Assembly: GCA_965219415.1 (NCBI GenBank)
Contig: CBDCNP010000002.1
Span: 5,088,001 to 5,152,000, forward strand
Origin: Candidatus Marinacidobacterales bacterium
Lineage (GTDB): Bacteria; Acidobacteriota; Vicinamibacteria; Marinacidobacterales; DATDRI01
Direction of reading: 5' to 3'
DNA: 64,000 nt
Each line of letters begins with the position of its first letter. Within the stretch, counting starts at the first letter, position 1. Of the stretch, positions 19,367 through 30,604 are shown piece by piece. The position numbers and the translations under genes are program-made. Below the pieces are notes generated by a model. That model was not told the DNA's origin and ran no database searches. It was given only the letters and a program-made list of their open reading frames with translations.

Positions 19367-21025
19367 ATGAGTATTCTTTCGATCCTTCCACTCGCCATCT
19401 TTCTGTCCGGTTCGGCAACACCTCGGATCGAGCCGGAGCTGCTGGGAGGCTGCATTTTGACCGCACCCCTGGGCGAAGTTCCTGATGATCTGTATCAAGA
19501 AAGCGGCGTTGTCGCGACCGACGCCTACGGCCCCTTCACGAAAAAGCTCACCGTGTACGGCATCACTTTGATCGCGCGCGGCGATGCCTCGGACGCCTTC
19601 CTGAAGAGAGTGGCCGAGACCATCAAGGAAACTTTCCCACAGGACGAGAGAATGGGCCTCGCGCTCCAAGAAGAGCTCATCAAAAACCTGTACCGGTACA
19701 AAACAACCATTCCCGTTCCCAAGGGTCGGGACATGAGCTTCATCGAGCCAGACGAGACGACATGGCAACGCGTCGAAAGCAAAAACTCTATCTGCGACAT
19801 CATTATGGAATTGGGGAGCGTGCCCGGTCAGGTGATGGAGGTCGTGGAGCACATTCTGCATTTCGTGAGCGACATTGGCCTTCACTACACGTTCCCGAAG
19901 GAGTGGGGAATCTCGAAGGAATCGAAGCTCTGGCAGGCGATGCAAGAAGCGGTGGAGAAAGGTTACTACGACATCTCGTCCTACGCCGACATCGACGACG
20001 AGAAGGTTCGCGACCGGGTAACGCTCCAAGAGTTTGCCTACTGGTTCATCTCCACAGCATGGAACCTGCAGGAGCCCTATGGACCGAAGGGCGAGGAGGA
20101 ATGGACCATCAAGGATGCCTCCGACCTGCAAGCCAAGCTGCCCGACTTCTACGAAGTCTATGAGCAAACGGCGCGAAAGGTCATGGTGGCGCCGAGCCTC
20201 GCGACGCTCGAGAAATTCGGTCCCAAGACGTCGGACGTGGAAACACTAGGCTACAACATCGTCCTTGCGGGCAAAGTGAAAGACGCCACCGAGCTCATCG
20301 GATTCAACACTTCCGACAACAGGAGCGAGCAGCTGACTTCCTCGGTGGGTTTCGCGGGTTTTCCGGTGTGGTCCCCCCAGGGCAACCGAATCGCCTTTCT
20401 CGCCAAGAAGGAGGGCGGCCTGGATCTAGTCGTGATGGACACCGACACCAAGAACATTTCCGTGCTCGTTCCCGACATCCGTGACCCGGCAGACTGGGGC
20501 CCGCAGGGCAGGCGCATGCTCGTCACCAAGCCTCTCGACGGCGGTGAGCGCGGCCTTTTCATCGTCAATCTAGCCGACGGGGCAGAAAAACGCGTTGAGA
20601 CCGGCAGCTCGTCGGACGCCTATGCCAGATGGTCGAGATCGGGTGACGCCATCACGTACGAGTCGAGCCGCGACGGAAACCCGGAGATCTACCGCACCGA
20701 GCTCGAGTCCGGAAAAACGACCCGCCTTACCAAGAATCCCAGCCTCGACGAATGGCCCTCACCGTCACCCAGCGGCAGGCGCATCGCCTGGGCCTCGGGA
20801 AGCGAGGAGGAAAAGGACCTTTGGATCATGCAGGCCGACGGCTCGGACAAGAAGCAGCTCACCCAGGGAATGTTGTTCGGAGACGGGTTTCCCGCGTGGT
20901 CGCCCAATGACAAGCAGATCATGTTGACGGTGCAAGAAAACGACGCATCCGTCCTGAAGCTCATCAACGTCGAGACCGGACAAGCAACCCACATCGCCGA
21001 GGGCTCCCAACCTTCCTGGCGTTGA
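19367..21025 (+). CDS. Secreted protein: unknown (zincin-like) N-terminal domain plus TolB-like beta-propeller
   Basis: Signal peptide; EHILH motif; repeated PxWSP.G PD40-like repeats. Confidence 0.75.
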   Translation: MSILSILPLAIFLSGSATPRIEPELLGGCILTAPLGEVPDDLYQESGVVATDAYGPFTKKLTVYGITLIARGDASDAFLKRVAETIKETFPQDERMGLALQEELIKNLYRYKTTIPVPKGRDMSFIEPDETTWQRVESKNSICDIIMELGSVPGQVMEVVEHILHFVSDIGLHYTFPKEWGISKESKLWQAMQEAVEKGYYDISSYADIDDEKVRDRVTLQEFAYWFISTAWNLQEPYGPKGEEEWTIKDASDLQAKLPDFYEVYEQTARKVMVAPSLATLEKFGPKTSDVETLGYNIVLAGKVKDATELIGFNTSDNRSEQLTSSVGFAGFPVWSPQGNRIAFLAKKEGGLDLVVMDTDTKNISVLVPDIRDPADWGPQGRRMLVTKPLDGGERGLFIVNLADGAEKRVETGSSSDAYARWSRSGDAITYESSRDGNPEIYRTELESGKTTRLTKNPSLDEWPSPSPSGRRIAWASGSEEEKDLWIMQADGSDKKQLTQGMLFGDGFPAWSPNDKQIMLTVQENDASVLKLINVETGQATHIAEGSQPSWR

Positions 21026-22143
21026 GCGAGCCGATCGTGACTGCGTCCTGTGCCAAAACTCGGCCCTCTTGAAATAGCCGATAAATCAGCAGCTTAGCGT
21101 CTATGTTTTGCGATGGTGCCAAGGGCCGTGGGCTTTACAATCGTCTGGCCCGAGGGTGTTATCTTCGGATCCATCATGACGTACCATGTGCAATTCCTAC
21201 TGTTGGTCAGGCAGCCGTTGTTCGATCGGGCAGCCCTGCTGCTCACACAGACCTCAAGGGTGCTTCCGCCATTAAGTGTTGGTAAAATGACACTAAGACT
21301 TTACGGTGCATTAAATTACAGCCATGGTCTTTCAAAAGGGCCGAGTTTTGGCACAGGACGGGTTCCGATTGTACTTAGCCTTTCCCCTCGTGTCCAAAAG
21401 GATGCGTCCCTAAGGCTGTCCTGTACCAAAACTCGGCCCTTTTGAAATAGACCATAAATCAGCAGCTTAGCGACTGGGCCAAGGGCCCCCTAGGCTTTAC
21501 AGTTACCCAAACCCGCGGTCGACCTTCGAGAGCCGCGGCCGTTTCACCGGACGGCAGAGGACGGCGAACTGCTGCCGAAGAGCGACATTGTCGAGAGCCA
21601 GCTCGCGATGAGCCTTGAAGGCGAAGATGAGAGCGGGAACCAACGACGAAATCATGCCGACATGGTGCCGACAGACCGGAGACTAATCAAGTTCGGGGCA
21701 CCCGGATGAAATAAATAGAAGGCACACCACGTTGTCCCTTCCATTTAATCGATACGAATGGCGTCGTGTCCAAAAACACAAACGAACTCAAGACCCACGC
21801 GCCGGGACGTTTCGGAATCATAGGTAGGTCCTGGGGTTCCCGGCTCCCGTCCTGTCCAAAAACACAAACGAACTTGAGATCCGCGTGCCGGGCCGTTTCG
21901 GATTAGAGGTGTCTAGGCTTGGTTGGCCATGGAAGCTAGAATCCTCGGTCATGAGGATGCCTATTGGTCGTCGCCCTGGTGCTTCCGTCATCAAGTGTTG
22001 GTGAGATGACGCTAAGACTTTAAGGTGCATTAAGTTACAGCCAAAATAGTGCTCGTGACCTTCGCTGCGCGCTAAATGGAGCGTAAGCGCCTATTTTGCA
22101 AGGGGATACATACATATTACCAACACTTAATGGCGGAAGCACC

Positions 22144-22585
22144 GGGCTTTGCTGACCACGGCTTGGTTGGTGGTCGATTCGATAATCGGCGACACATCGC
22201 CACCGTGGGTTCGAGCCCGGTACTCCGCTTCGATACGCAGCCCGTCAAAGGCATAGCCGACGCTCAGACCGCCTGTGAATCCGTAGCCCGGCGAGAAGCC
22301 GTTCGAGGAGAGTGCACGCGGCGTCGTGTCCATGCATTCTGGATCACTACTTGGTGCTAGGGCCGGACTGGCATAGAGCAGCTTGTCGCACTTCGTCGGG
22401 TTCGTTACCGCAGAGACGGACGAGTCCAGCCGCGCGGAGTTCGTGAGACCGACGTTGAGGCCGACATAGACACCGCGCCGGCTCTCCTGAGCGCTGGCCG
22501 TGCCGACGAACAGGTACGTGAGCATCGCTGCGACGGCAACCGTGCGGTGTGCGTGACGATTCCCCGTTTGAGAGAAGTTGTGCAT
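22144..22585 (-). pseudogene. Outer-membrane beta-barrel protein, 3'-truncated
   Basis: Signal peptide, GVYVGLNVG and GGLSVGYAFDGLRIEAEY; cut by a MITE. Confidence 0.7.
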
Positions 22586-22856
22586 GAGAGGAATTCTATA
22601 TCCGAGGGTGGGTGGTTGTGCAACGCACGCGGATGAATAAATAGAATGCACAGGACTTTCCTCTCATCCGAAACCGTTCGGCGCGACGGGACGTTTCGGA
22701 TGCCTGCGATGGTCGGCCGCTTCTGGCCGGGTTTCTTTTTTGCGGATCACAGCCAACTATAATTAATGATGAAGGACACGCAACCGACCTCGCATCGCCC
22801 AACAGGGACTGCAACCTGCTGACCCGCCGGGCCTTTGAGTATTTTGACCAGACGCC

Positions 22857-23207
22857 ATGCGCGCCTCGCGGCTGCCGGCCGTGAAGACGCTGGCGCAGTT
22901 CGACTTCACCTTCCAGCCCAGTATCAAGCGGGAGCAGATCGAGAGCCTGCACGAGCTCGGTTTCCTCGAGCGTGCCGAGAACGTCATCCTGCTAGGGCCG
23001 CCCGGCGTGGGCAAGACGCACCTGGCCATCAGCCTGGCCGTTGCGGCCGCCGAGGTGGGCCGCCGCGTCTACTACGGCACGTTAGCCAGGTTGATCGACT
23101 CGCTCACCGAAGCCAAGGCTGCGGGCAACCTCTCCCGGCGCCTGCGAGTGCTGACACATCCGGCGCTGCTCGTGGTGGACGAGATCGGCTACCTCCCGGT
23201 CAGGTAG
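22857..23207 (+). pseudogene. istB: IS21 IstB fragment
   Basis: FDFTFQP, GPPGVGKTHL and VVDEIGY motifs; truncated at both ends. Confidence 0.85.
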
Positions 23208-23563
23208 AGAGACAATCATGGAAATCCTGAAGCTGGAGAACGAAATTAAGAACATCACTCCACATTTTCAACCAGCCACACTGCCTTCTGATTTGACTGA
23301 AACCTAGTTCCGCCCTATAGTCCAACCTGCCAAACGAACCAGCGTGTGCCCATCTACGTCGGGTCGCCCGCTGAATAAAACACCCTCTCCATGGGGAATA
23401 GGTGGGAAACCTGCAAGTACGCATGCTGGTTTGTTTGGCGACTGGCCCGATGACCAATTTAGGGCGTCGGGAAGAAGCCAAAAGGAGCACCCAATGCCCA
23501 TGCCCGCCGAAAGTGACAACCGATACACATATACGCCGAAGAACAAGTGGTGAGGGCCAATCC

Positions 23564-23785
23564 ATGGGGACGAATACTCAAAACGCAGAACCCAAAGAGC
23601 CCACCTGGACGGAGAAGCTCGGTATCAAGAACAAGAGGACACGGAAGCTCATGGAGGCCGGCGGTGAGGGCCTAAGCCTTATCCTCCTGTTATACCTAGC
23701 TGGCTATGCGTTCGTTATTCTTTTCTCCATTGCGCTCCTGGGCGGCTGTATGGTTCTTTTCCTAACGATGGCTCTATCAATATAG
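23564..23785 (+). CDS. Small membrane protein (paralog 1)
   Basis: EPTWTEKLGIK followed by a hydrophobic tail containing GGC. Confidence 0.55.
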   Translation: MGTNTQNAEPKEPTWTEKLGIKNKRTRKLMEAGGEGLSLILLLYLAGYAFVILFSIALLGGCMVLFLTMALSI

Positions 23786-23811
23786 CTCTATGAGCTAACA
23801 GGGAGGGGCAG

Positions 23812-24064
23812 ATGACAGACAAACAAGAGAACGCTGGGCAGCATGTTGCAGACCCACAGCCGGAGCCGTCACACAGAGAACCGACGTTGCTGGAGAAGCT
23901 CGGCGTCAAAGAAGGCAGTACAGCACAGGGTCTTGTGGAAATTGTTGGCGAGAGCCTTCGGTGTTGGTATCTTGGTAGCCCTCGGGCTCATGGCGATCTT
24001 TGTTCTCATCGCTCTCGGCTTCATTGGAGGCTGTGTGGTCTTTCTGTCCAAGGCGGGTTCATAG
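23812..24064 (+). pseudogene. Small membrane protein (paralog 2), frameshifted near 23952
   Basis: GGGAGG RBS; EPTLLEKLGVK; hydrophobic GGC tail in the shifted frame. Confidence 0.5.
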
Positions 24065-24489
24065 CGATCACTGCCAACCCGTATGGTGCAAATGGTACGT
24101 CGAACTCGACGTCGGCCCGTGGAGGGTCGATGACGGAATCTGCGCGAAGCGAGGATTCTATGGGCGGTGCTTCCGCAATCAAGTGTTGGTGGCTGCCGCG
24201 TAACCCGCTCGTGTGCTAGAGTTTGAGCCTGATTTCGAGAGACGCAGTTCTTTCGGCGATGCGGATTGGGCTGACCACACGGTGCCTGACGTTCAGGGAC
24301 ACCTTCGTGTGCACGCCGACATCATTGTTAATGGCGTTCGCCGACACAGGCAGGCCAGCTGACACTAGCATTCAAACACGGCGTAGCAACATATCTGGAC
24401 TCCTCTAGTCAAGCCCCTTTCTTTCTAGTCACGCCCCTTTCTTAATAAATCTTCCATCGAAGCTGCGCATCCATCGCGTCGTGACGAGT

Positions 24490-24690
24490 GGGTCAGACTG
24501 CAAACGTATCTTCGGCCTCAGTGAGGAGCGTCTTGGGTGCTCCGGGCCATGATGGAAAATCCGCGCGCGAGGAGCCAATCACTTTGAACGACCTCTTAGG
24601 GCCAGTGTTGCTATTGGCTTGACCCCGCGCCGGTCCGACCGGTACGCCATCAGTTGGATGGGTATCGTCGCAGCCTCTTTTGGAAGGGAA
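24490..24690 (-). ncRNA. Predicted bridge/seek RNA, copy 2 (boundaries approximate)
   Basis: Same sequence as copy 1; target loop at 24573-24619. Confidence 0.8.
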
Positions 24691-24721
24691 AAAGGAAAAC
24701 ACGAAAGTGGAGCCTCTAAAT

Positions 24722-25753
24722 CTAAGCGGCCACCGGCGACTGGAATTCACTCTCGCGGGTGGAGACGGCCCAGACGATCCGGGCGAGTTTGTTGGCGACA
24801 GCAATCACGGCCTTGTTGTGTCCCCGCGAGCGGTGGACCTTCCGAGCCCAGGCGCGGAGCTTGTCGGGCGGGCTCTTGCTGACGTTCGCCGCGCGGAGCA
24901 CGGCGCGCCCGCCCTGGGTGAGGAGCATACGGAGGTAGGAGTCGCCACGCTTGGTGATGCGTCCGAGGCGGCGAATGTCGCCACTGGAGTTTTCCTTGGG
25001 AACTAGGCCGAGGTAGCTCGAGAAGCGGCGCCCCGATGGGAAGCGGCGAAGATCGCCGACGAAGCCCACGATGGCGGTCGCGGCCAGAAGTCCGATGCCG
25101 GGAATGGCGAGAAGTCGTTGGACTTCAGGAAGCTGCTTGGTGAGCGCCTTGAGCTCGTGCTCGATGCTAGCGCACTTGTCCTTGAGTTCTCGAATCTCGG
25201 AGCAGGCATCACGGAGATGCGAACGGAGCACGTCGGGCAAATCAGAATCAGCGTCTTCGACGAGTTCGAAGAGGGCGGGCACGACGAAGTGAGCGCCCTT
25301 TGGGATGATGAATCCGAGTTCGCGCAGGAGCCCGCGTACGGCATTGATGCGTGCGGTCCGTGTGGAGAGCCATCCTGAGCGCAGGCGATGGAGCGCAGCG
25401 AGGGTGTGCTGGTGCACGGACTTGATGGGTACGGGAAGAAGCTCCTCGTTCCTGTAGGCCTCGAGCAACGCCTTCGTGTCGGCGCGGTCGTTCTTGCTCC
25501 CGCGTCGATACGGCCTCACGAGGTGAGGTGGGAGCAGGACGACGTCGTGTCCCAACCTTCGGAACGTCCTTGCCCAGAAGTGAGCCGAGCCGCAGGCTTC
25601 GAGAAGCACGGTGGCAGCGCTCTGTTTGGCAAAGAACGACACCAATTTGGGTCGACTCACACGGAGTTGCTTGGACACCTTCCCCGCTTCTCCCGAGATG
25701 GCAATCTCGAAGACGTTCTTTGCAAGATCCACAGCGATTGTCGTATCTTTCAT
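24722..25753 (-). CDS. IS110 DEDD recombinase/transposase
   Basis: Same protein as 17537-18568. Confidence 0.95.
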   Translation of the reverse strand: MKDTTIAVDLAKNVFEIAISGEAGKVSKQLRVSRPKLVSFFAKQSAATVLLEACGSAHFWARTFRRLGHDVVLLPPHLVRPYRRGSKNDRADTKALLEAYRNEELLPVPIKSVHQHTLAALHRLRSGWLSTRTARINAVRGLLRELGFIIPKGAHFVVPALFELVEDADSDLPDVLRSHLRDACSEIRELKDKCASIEHELKALTKQLPEVQRLLAIPGIGLLAATAIVGFVGDLRRFPSGRRFSSYLGLVPKENSSGDIRRLGRITKRGDSYLRMLLTQGGRAVLRAANVSKSPPDKLRAWARKVHRSRGHNKAVIAVANKLARIVWAVSTRESEFQSPVAA

Positions 25754-26010
25754 TTGGACTCCTCCTTTTCGATGCGTATTCGACTGACTTTGGCACATCG
25801 ATGCCGTCTATGTCAGTGGAGGAGTCCATTCCATCACTTGATGGCGGAAGCACCGGTCTATTTCAAAAGGGCCGAGTTTTGGCACAGGACGGGGTCGTCA
25901 CCATGCAGATTGACCACCTAGTCGAGAGCGAATATCCAAGCGTGTTCCTGAAGCTGTTTTCACGCTACGCCGAGCGGGCCCACCGAGGGGCTACCGTCGC
26001 CAGCGACCAT

Positions 26011-27077
26011 CTACGCGGCACGGCAGTAGTAGTTGAGAATGCCCCCAAGTCGCTCTCGCGACACGATGGGGACAGCGCTATTCGCGCTTGCCGGCAGAGG
26101 TGTGAGGAGCTCGTTGCCGAGACCTTGGTGGTTCCGTTCTGTGTGATAGTGCACTACGTATTCGGTTACCGCTGTGCGCAGGTGTCGCTCACTGAGAGGT
26201 ACGAAGCGGTCGAGACACTCTCGACGTATGGAGAGAACGAATCTTTCCGCGTATGCGTTCAGATTCGGACTGTTCGCTGGAAGGCGGAGGGGCTTCACAC
26301 CTGAATCTCTCAAGAGCCCACGTACCGCCTCGGTGAATAGCGGGTCCCGGTCGTGGATGAGGTACCGCTTGCCAAGGAGGAAACCATCCCACAGGTCCGT
26401 GAGGTTTCTTGCCGCCTGCTTCATCCACTCCCCCGTTTGGGTCCGAGGTCATCCCACCGATGCACACGCAGCGAGTGGCGATATCGATGACAAACAGGAC
26501 ATGGTAGCGGACGAGCCCGAACGGGTTCACCACCTCGACGGTGAACAGGTCTGTCGCAGCGATAGCGCCCCAATGAGCCTTAAGTGCTCCACGACATGCT
26601 CTTGCCCCGCTCCGGAGCCGGCGCGATACCGTGCTCGGCGAGGAGCCTCTTGATGGTGTTGCGTCCGAGTTCATGTCCGAGGTTCTTGAGTGCACCCCGC
26701 AGGCGCGTATATCCCCACGTCGGGTTCTCCTGCGCCACGCGCACAATGAGCTCACGGATGTCCTTCGCCGTCGGAGGTCGGCCTGGGCTCCGGTTCTTGC
26801 TGCCATCGTACTTGGCTGCGATGAGGCAGCGGTACCAGCGCAGGAGCGTAGCGGGTGTGGCAACCGACGCAATCTGGGCCAGCGCCTCGCGGCCTAAAGC
26901 TTGGGCCTTGACGGCGAGCCTGCGCCGCTCGTCGTCCGAGAGACTGAGACGCTTGCCCCGAAGCCCGGCTCGGAGCACACGGTTCTCCTCTTGCTGGTAG
27001 TCGATCACATCCTGCTGCTGGCGGTTGACCCAGCCAGCTAGAACGAGCAGTAGGAATTGCACGTGGTACGTCATCAT
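26011..27077 (-). pseudogene. Family A rve transposase with frameshifts
   Basis: Split over three ORFs; ATDLFT, HDRD and AERF motifs; left end at 27205. Confidence 0.85.
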
Positions 27078-27279
27078 GGAGCTGAAGATAACACCCTCAG
27101 GCCAGACGATTGTAAAGCCTACGGCCCTTGGCCCCGGCGCAAACACAGACACTAAGCTGCTGATTTATGGCCTATTTCAAAAGGGCCGAGTTTTGGCACA
27201 GGACGGGGACACATCTATTGAATCTGTCATGTGCTACTCGTGACACTTCCCTGATCGGAAGCACCCGGCTTCCCATGGC

Positions 27280-29808
27280 TCATGCCTTCACAGTATACGG
27301 ATCGGCTTCGCCCCACACTCGCCCGACGGCCGCGCCGGTCTTCTTCTCGAAACGCTCGATCAACTCGTGATTGCTCTCGACAAGGGCTTGCTCGGCTTTG
27401 ATCTCCGCCACTATTTTTTTCTGCGTTTTGAGGGACGGTAGAGGCAACTTTGCCTCATTCAGACTGCGAATGGGCAATTGCGGCTGTGCTGCACCTGATG
27501 TTATTGCGCCGAGCTGGTCCTTAAAATTCTGAGATTGAAAGAATTGAAAAAGATATTCTCCAGACAGCTCATCCTCTGCAGGTCTGAAAATGAGCATCCC
27601 AGAATTGATCCTCATAGAGTCAAACGGAACAGAGTAATTGTAAAAGCCTGTGTTCCCAATAGTTCCACGTGTCGTAAGGACGGTATCTTCACGACGGAGC
27701 TTGCCCTTTTTCAAAGCCGCGTCTTTTTCTCTCGTTATAAATTCCACCTTCTCGAAGTTGAAGCCATTTGGTCGGACATTTTTTGTGTTCAGAAAGACAC
27801 AGTAACCATCTGCTGAAAAGTCCTCCTTCTTCGGATAGTTCACTCCTCTGTCTCCGTCGATGATCTCGAAAGGAGCTTCTGCAAAGGTCGGCATCGGCCA
27901 AGCGGGTTCGATGGGAATATGCGGCCTATAATTGTCGACGACGGCGCGGGCGCCGTCGATGACCTTCTGGTAACCCTCGATCTCGGCGACGATCTCCTTC
28001 TGCACCTCCAGCGGCGGCAGGGGAATTTCCAAGTTAGTGAAAGACTTCCAACCGATTCGCGGAAGTTGAGCACCCGTGAGCAGACTCAGAACGGCTTTGT
28101 TGAAGCGAGCGCTTCTGAACATGTGAGCATACAACACTGGCAAGACTCGGCCATCTGACGGACGAACAACGAATATATCGGTCGAGCAAATGCCTTCTTG
28201 ATCTGCGAACCAGACTTTATTTAGGTTTGGGCGTAGCTTACCATAGAGAATGTCACCAAGTTGAAATCTGTTCTTCAGGCTCTTGATCTCAGCAGGGTCT
28301 TCAGCCACTACGTTTCCTATTAATTTACCACTTGTCTGGGTGATGTTTTGAAGGCTGACGTAAGTAACAGGCCCAGGCAATGATTTCGGGAGAACCGTCT
28401 CATCCGACTTCTTGAACACATCCCTGATCGGAACCATCGGCCAAACGCTGCTCGTCGTCTGACTTTCCCGATACCGCTCCCCACTTAGGTTGTATTCACC
28501 GTTCGCCGCAATCTTCCCCTTTGCGACGATCAATCCCAGCTTCGGCTGGAAGTCGTCCACCGGTTCCTGCGCTCGTAGCCGTTGCAAGTAACCGACGATC
28601 TCTTCACGCGCCAGCGGCAGGTCGTTCTTGTCGATCGGTCGCCGCTGAGCGCCTAGGTCGAAGCCGTCGTTTTCGACCTTCAAGAAGGCGATGCGATCCG
28701 TCTTCTTCGCAAGCGACTTGTCGAGGATGAGAATCGATGTCTTGACGCCCGAATAGGGGTTGAACACGCCTGCCGGCAGAGAAATGACGGCGACCAGGTA
28801 CTCCTCTACCAGCATCTTACGAAGCCGTTTGTAGGCGTTCTGGCTCTGGAAGATGATCCCCTCGGGCACGATGATGCCGGCCCGGCCGGAAGGCATCAGA
28901 TGTTCGGCCATATAGTCCACGAACAGCACCTCACTCCGCTTGGACTGCACTGAGAAGCGGTTGTGGGGCCGGATGCCACCCTTCGGCGACATGAACGGCG
29001 GATTGGCGAGAATCACGTCGGCATACTCATCCCAACGCTCCTCGCTGGTCAGCGTGTCGTATTCGAAGATATGCGGGTCGGCAAAGCCGTGCAGGTACAT
29101 GTTCACGAGCGACAGGCGCACCATATCGGGCGAAATGTCGTAGCCCTTGCAGTTTGCCGCTAGCTGCCCTTTGTCATCCGGCGTTAGCGTGATGTCGCCT
29201 TGAGCGTCAGTGTTAGCTGCAAGAATGTACTTGTAGGATGAAATCAGAAACCCCGCAGTGCCGCATGCAGGGTCTATCACCGTCTCGCCTTTTTTCGGCG
29301 CGATGATGGCGACAATGAAGTCAATGATGTGGCGTGGCGTGCGGAACTGCCCGGCGTCTCCCTGTGAGCCGAGGACGGAAAGCAGATACTCAAAGGCGTC
29401 GCCTAGACGCTCGGAGTGATCGTAGGTGAACTCGTCGACGACCTTGAGGAAAGCGCGTAGGGTCTCGGGGTCGCGATAAGGCAGGTAGGCGTTGTTGAAG
29501 ATATCGCGAAATAAAGGTGGAATGCCAGGATTCTCAGGCATCTTGGTGATGGCCTCGGCGTAGAGGTTCAAGGTCTCATGGCCGCCGAGGCCGGCGCGCA
29601 TCAGTTTGGCCCATCCATAGCGGGCGAACTCGTCGGCGAAGAAGCTGCGCTTCCCGCCGAGCTCCTCGCTCTCGGCGTCCATGTCGTCCATGAACTTGTA
29701 AATGAGCGCGATAGTGATCTGCTCGACTTGGCTCTTGGGGTCTGGAACCTTACCGACCAGGATGTCGCGGGCTGTGTCGATGCGGCGCTTGGTGTTGGAA
29801 TCCAGCAT
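27280..29808 (-). CDS. Type I-like RM methyltransferase fused to specificity domains (HsdM-HsdS)
   Basis: GQFRTPRH, DPACGTAGFL and NPPF motifs; two TRDs with IPLPPLEVQ / LPLPSLKTQ helices. Confidence 0.9.
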   Translation of the reverse strand: MLDSNTKRRIDTARDILVGKVPDPKSQVEQITIALIYKFMDDMDAESEELGGKRSFFADEFARYGWAKLMRAGLGGHETLNLYAEAITKMPENPGIPPLFRDIFNNAYLPYRDPETLRAFLKVVDEFTYDHSERLGDAFEYLLSVLGSQGDAGQFRTPRHIIDFIVAIIAPKKGETVIDPACGTAGFLISSYKYILAANTDAQGDITLTPDDKGQLAANCKGYDISPDMVRLSLVNMYLHGFADPHIFEYDTLTSEERWDEYADVILANPPFMSPKGGIRPHNRFSVQSKRSEVLFVDYMAEHLMPSGRAGIIVPEGIIFQSQNAYKRLRKMLVEEYLVAVISLPAGVFNPYSGVKTSILILDKSLAKKTDRIAFLKVENDGFDLGAQRRPIDKNDLPLAREEIVGYLQRLRAQEPVDDFQPKLGLIVAKGKIAANGEYNLSGERYRESQTTSSVWPMVPIRDVFKKSDETVLPKSLPGPVTYVSLQNITQTSGKLIGNVVAEDPAEIKSLKNRFQLGDILYGKLRPNLNKVWFADQEGICSTDIFVVRPSDGRVLPVLYAHMFRSARFNKAVLSLLTGAQLPRIGWKSFTNLEIPLPPLEVQKEIVAEIEGYQKVIDGARAVVDNYRPHIPIEPAWPMPTFAEAPFEIIDGDRGVNYPKKEDFSADGYCVFLNTKNVRPNGFNFEKVEFITREKDAALKKGKLRREDTVLTTRGTIGNTGFYNYSVPFDSMRINSGMLIFRPAEDELSGEYLFQFFQSQNFKDQLGAITSGAAQPQLPIRSLNEAKLPLPSLKTQKKIVAEIKAEQALVESNHELIERFEKKTGAAVGRVWGEADPYTVKA

Positions 29809-29816
29809 GGCAGAGT

Positions 29817-30066
29817 CTACGGTACGAACTGGTTCAAGGAAACGTAGTCCTTGACGTATTCTGGAATGAGATTGCGGTATTTGTCCGGCACGGCACGGAA
29901 GTCGCCGGTGGAAAAGGACGGGTTGGTAGCGAGCTCGGCGAAACGTTTACCATCGATGATGTCGCGTACTTGGTTACTGGTGGCATAGGCTTTGAAATAG
30001 TTCTTGATCGCCAGGATGACATCCGCTTCGTCGGGTTTGCAATCGGCTACGAACTTCGCAAACTCC
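29817..30066 (-). pseudogene. C-terminal remnant of the upstream gene, probably the restriction (HsdR-like) subunit
   Basis: Open frame ending IPEYVKDYVSLNQFVP* 8 bp before the MTase start; cut by an element end at 30067; identity inferred from position. Confidence 0.55.
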
Positions 30067-30280
30067 TGTGCCTTCTATTTATTCATCCGGGCGCCCCGAA
30101 CTTGATTAGTCTCCGGTCTGTCGGCACCATACCTGCTTGATTTCGTCGTTTGTTCGCGCTCTCATCTCCGCCTTCAAGGCTCATCGCGAGCTGGCTCTCG
30201 ACAATGTCGCTCTTCGGCAGCAGTTCGCCGTCCTCTGCCGTCCGGTGAAACGGCCGCGGCTCTCGAAGGTCGACCGCGGG
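30067..30280 (+). mobile_element. Left end plus N-terminal fragment of rve element family F; also 21521-21726, ends at 22651 and 31479, fragment ~8490-8575
   Basis: TGTGCCTTCTATTTATTCATCC terminus; LALDNVALRQQ resembles the 50645 transposase. Confidence 0.7.
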
Positions 30281-30604
30281 TTGGGTAACTGTAAAGCTTG
30301 GGGGCCCTTGGCCCAGTCGCTAAGTTGCTGATTTATGGCCTATTTCAAAAGGGCCGAGTTTTGGCACAGGACGGGCGACGCTCGTACGGAGTACGGGACT
30401 GACTCGCTCACTCTCGCTCTGAGCGAACGCAACTGCAACACAGAGTAGAGAGGGGATGCCGGATAAAACGAAGGTTCTCAAGCGTCACCAAGCGTTTAGC
30501 ATTTGCTCGAAGCCTCGCCGCTGGACTTGCCGACGATGGTCGTTCCCCAAGAGAAAGACCATCATCGACTTGGCGGCGTCCGCCGCGAGTTCGAAGCCGA
30601 TATC

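Larger units (their letters stand above)
24392..25834 (-). mobile_element. IS110/IS1111-type element, copy 2
   Basis: Near-identical reverse complement of 17456-18898; CA core on both flanks. Confidence 0.92.
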
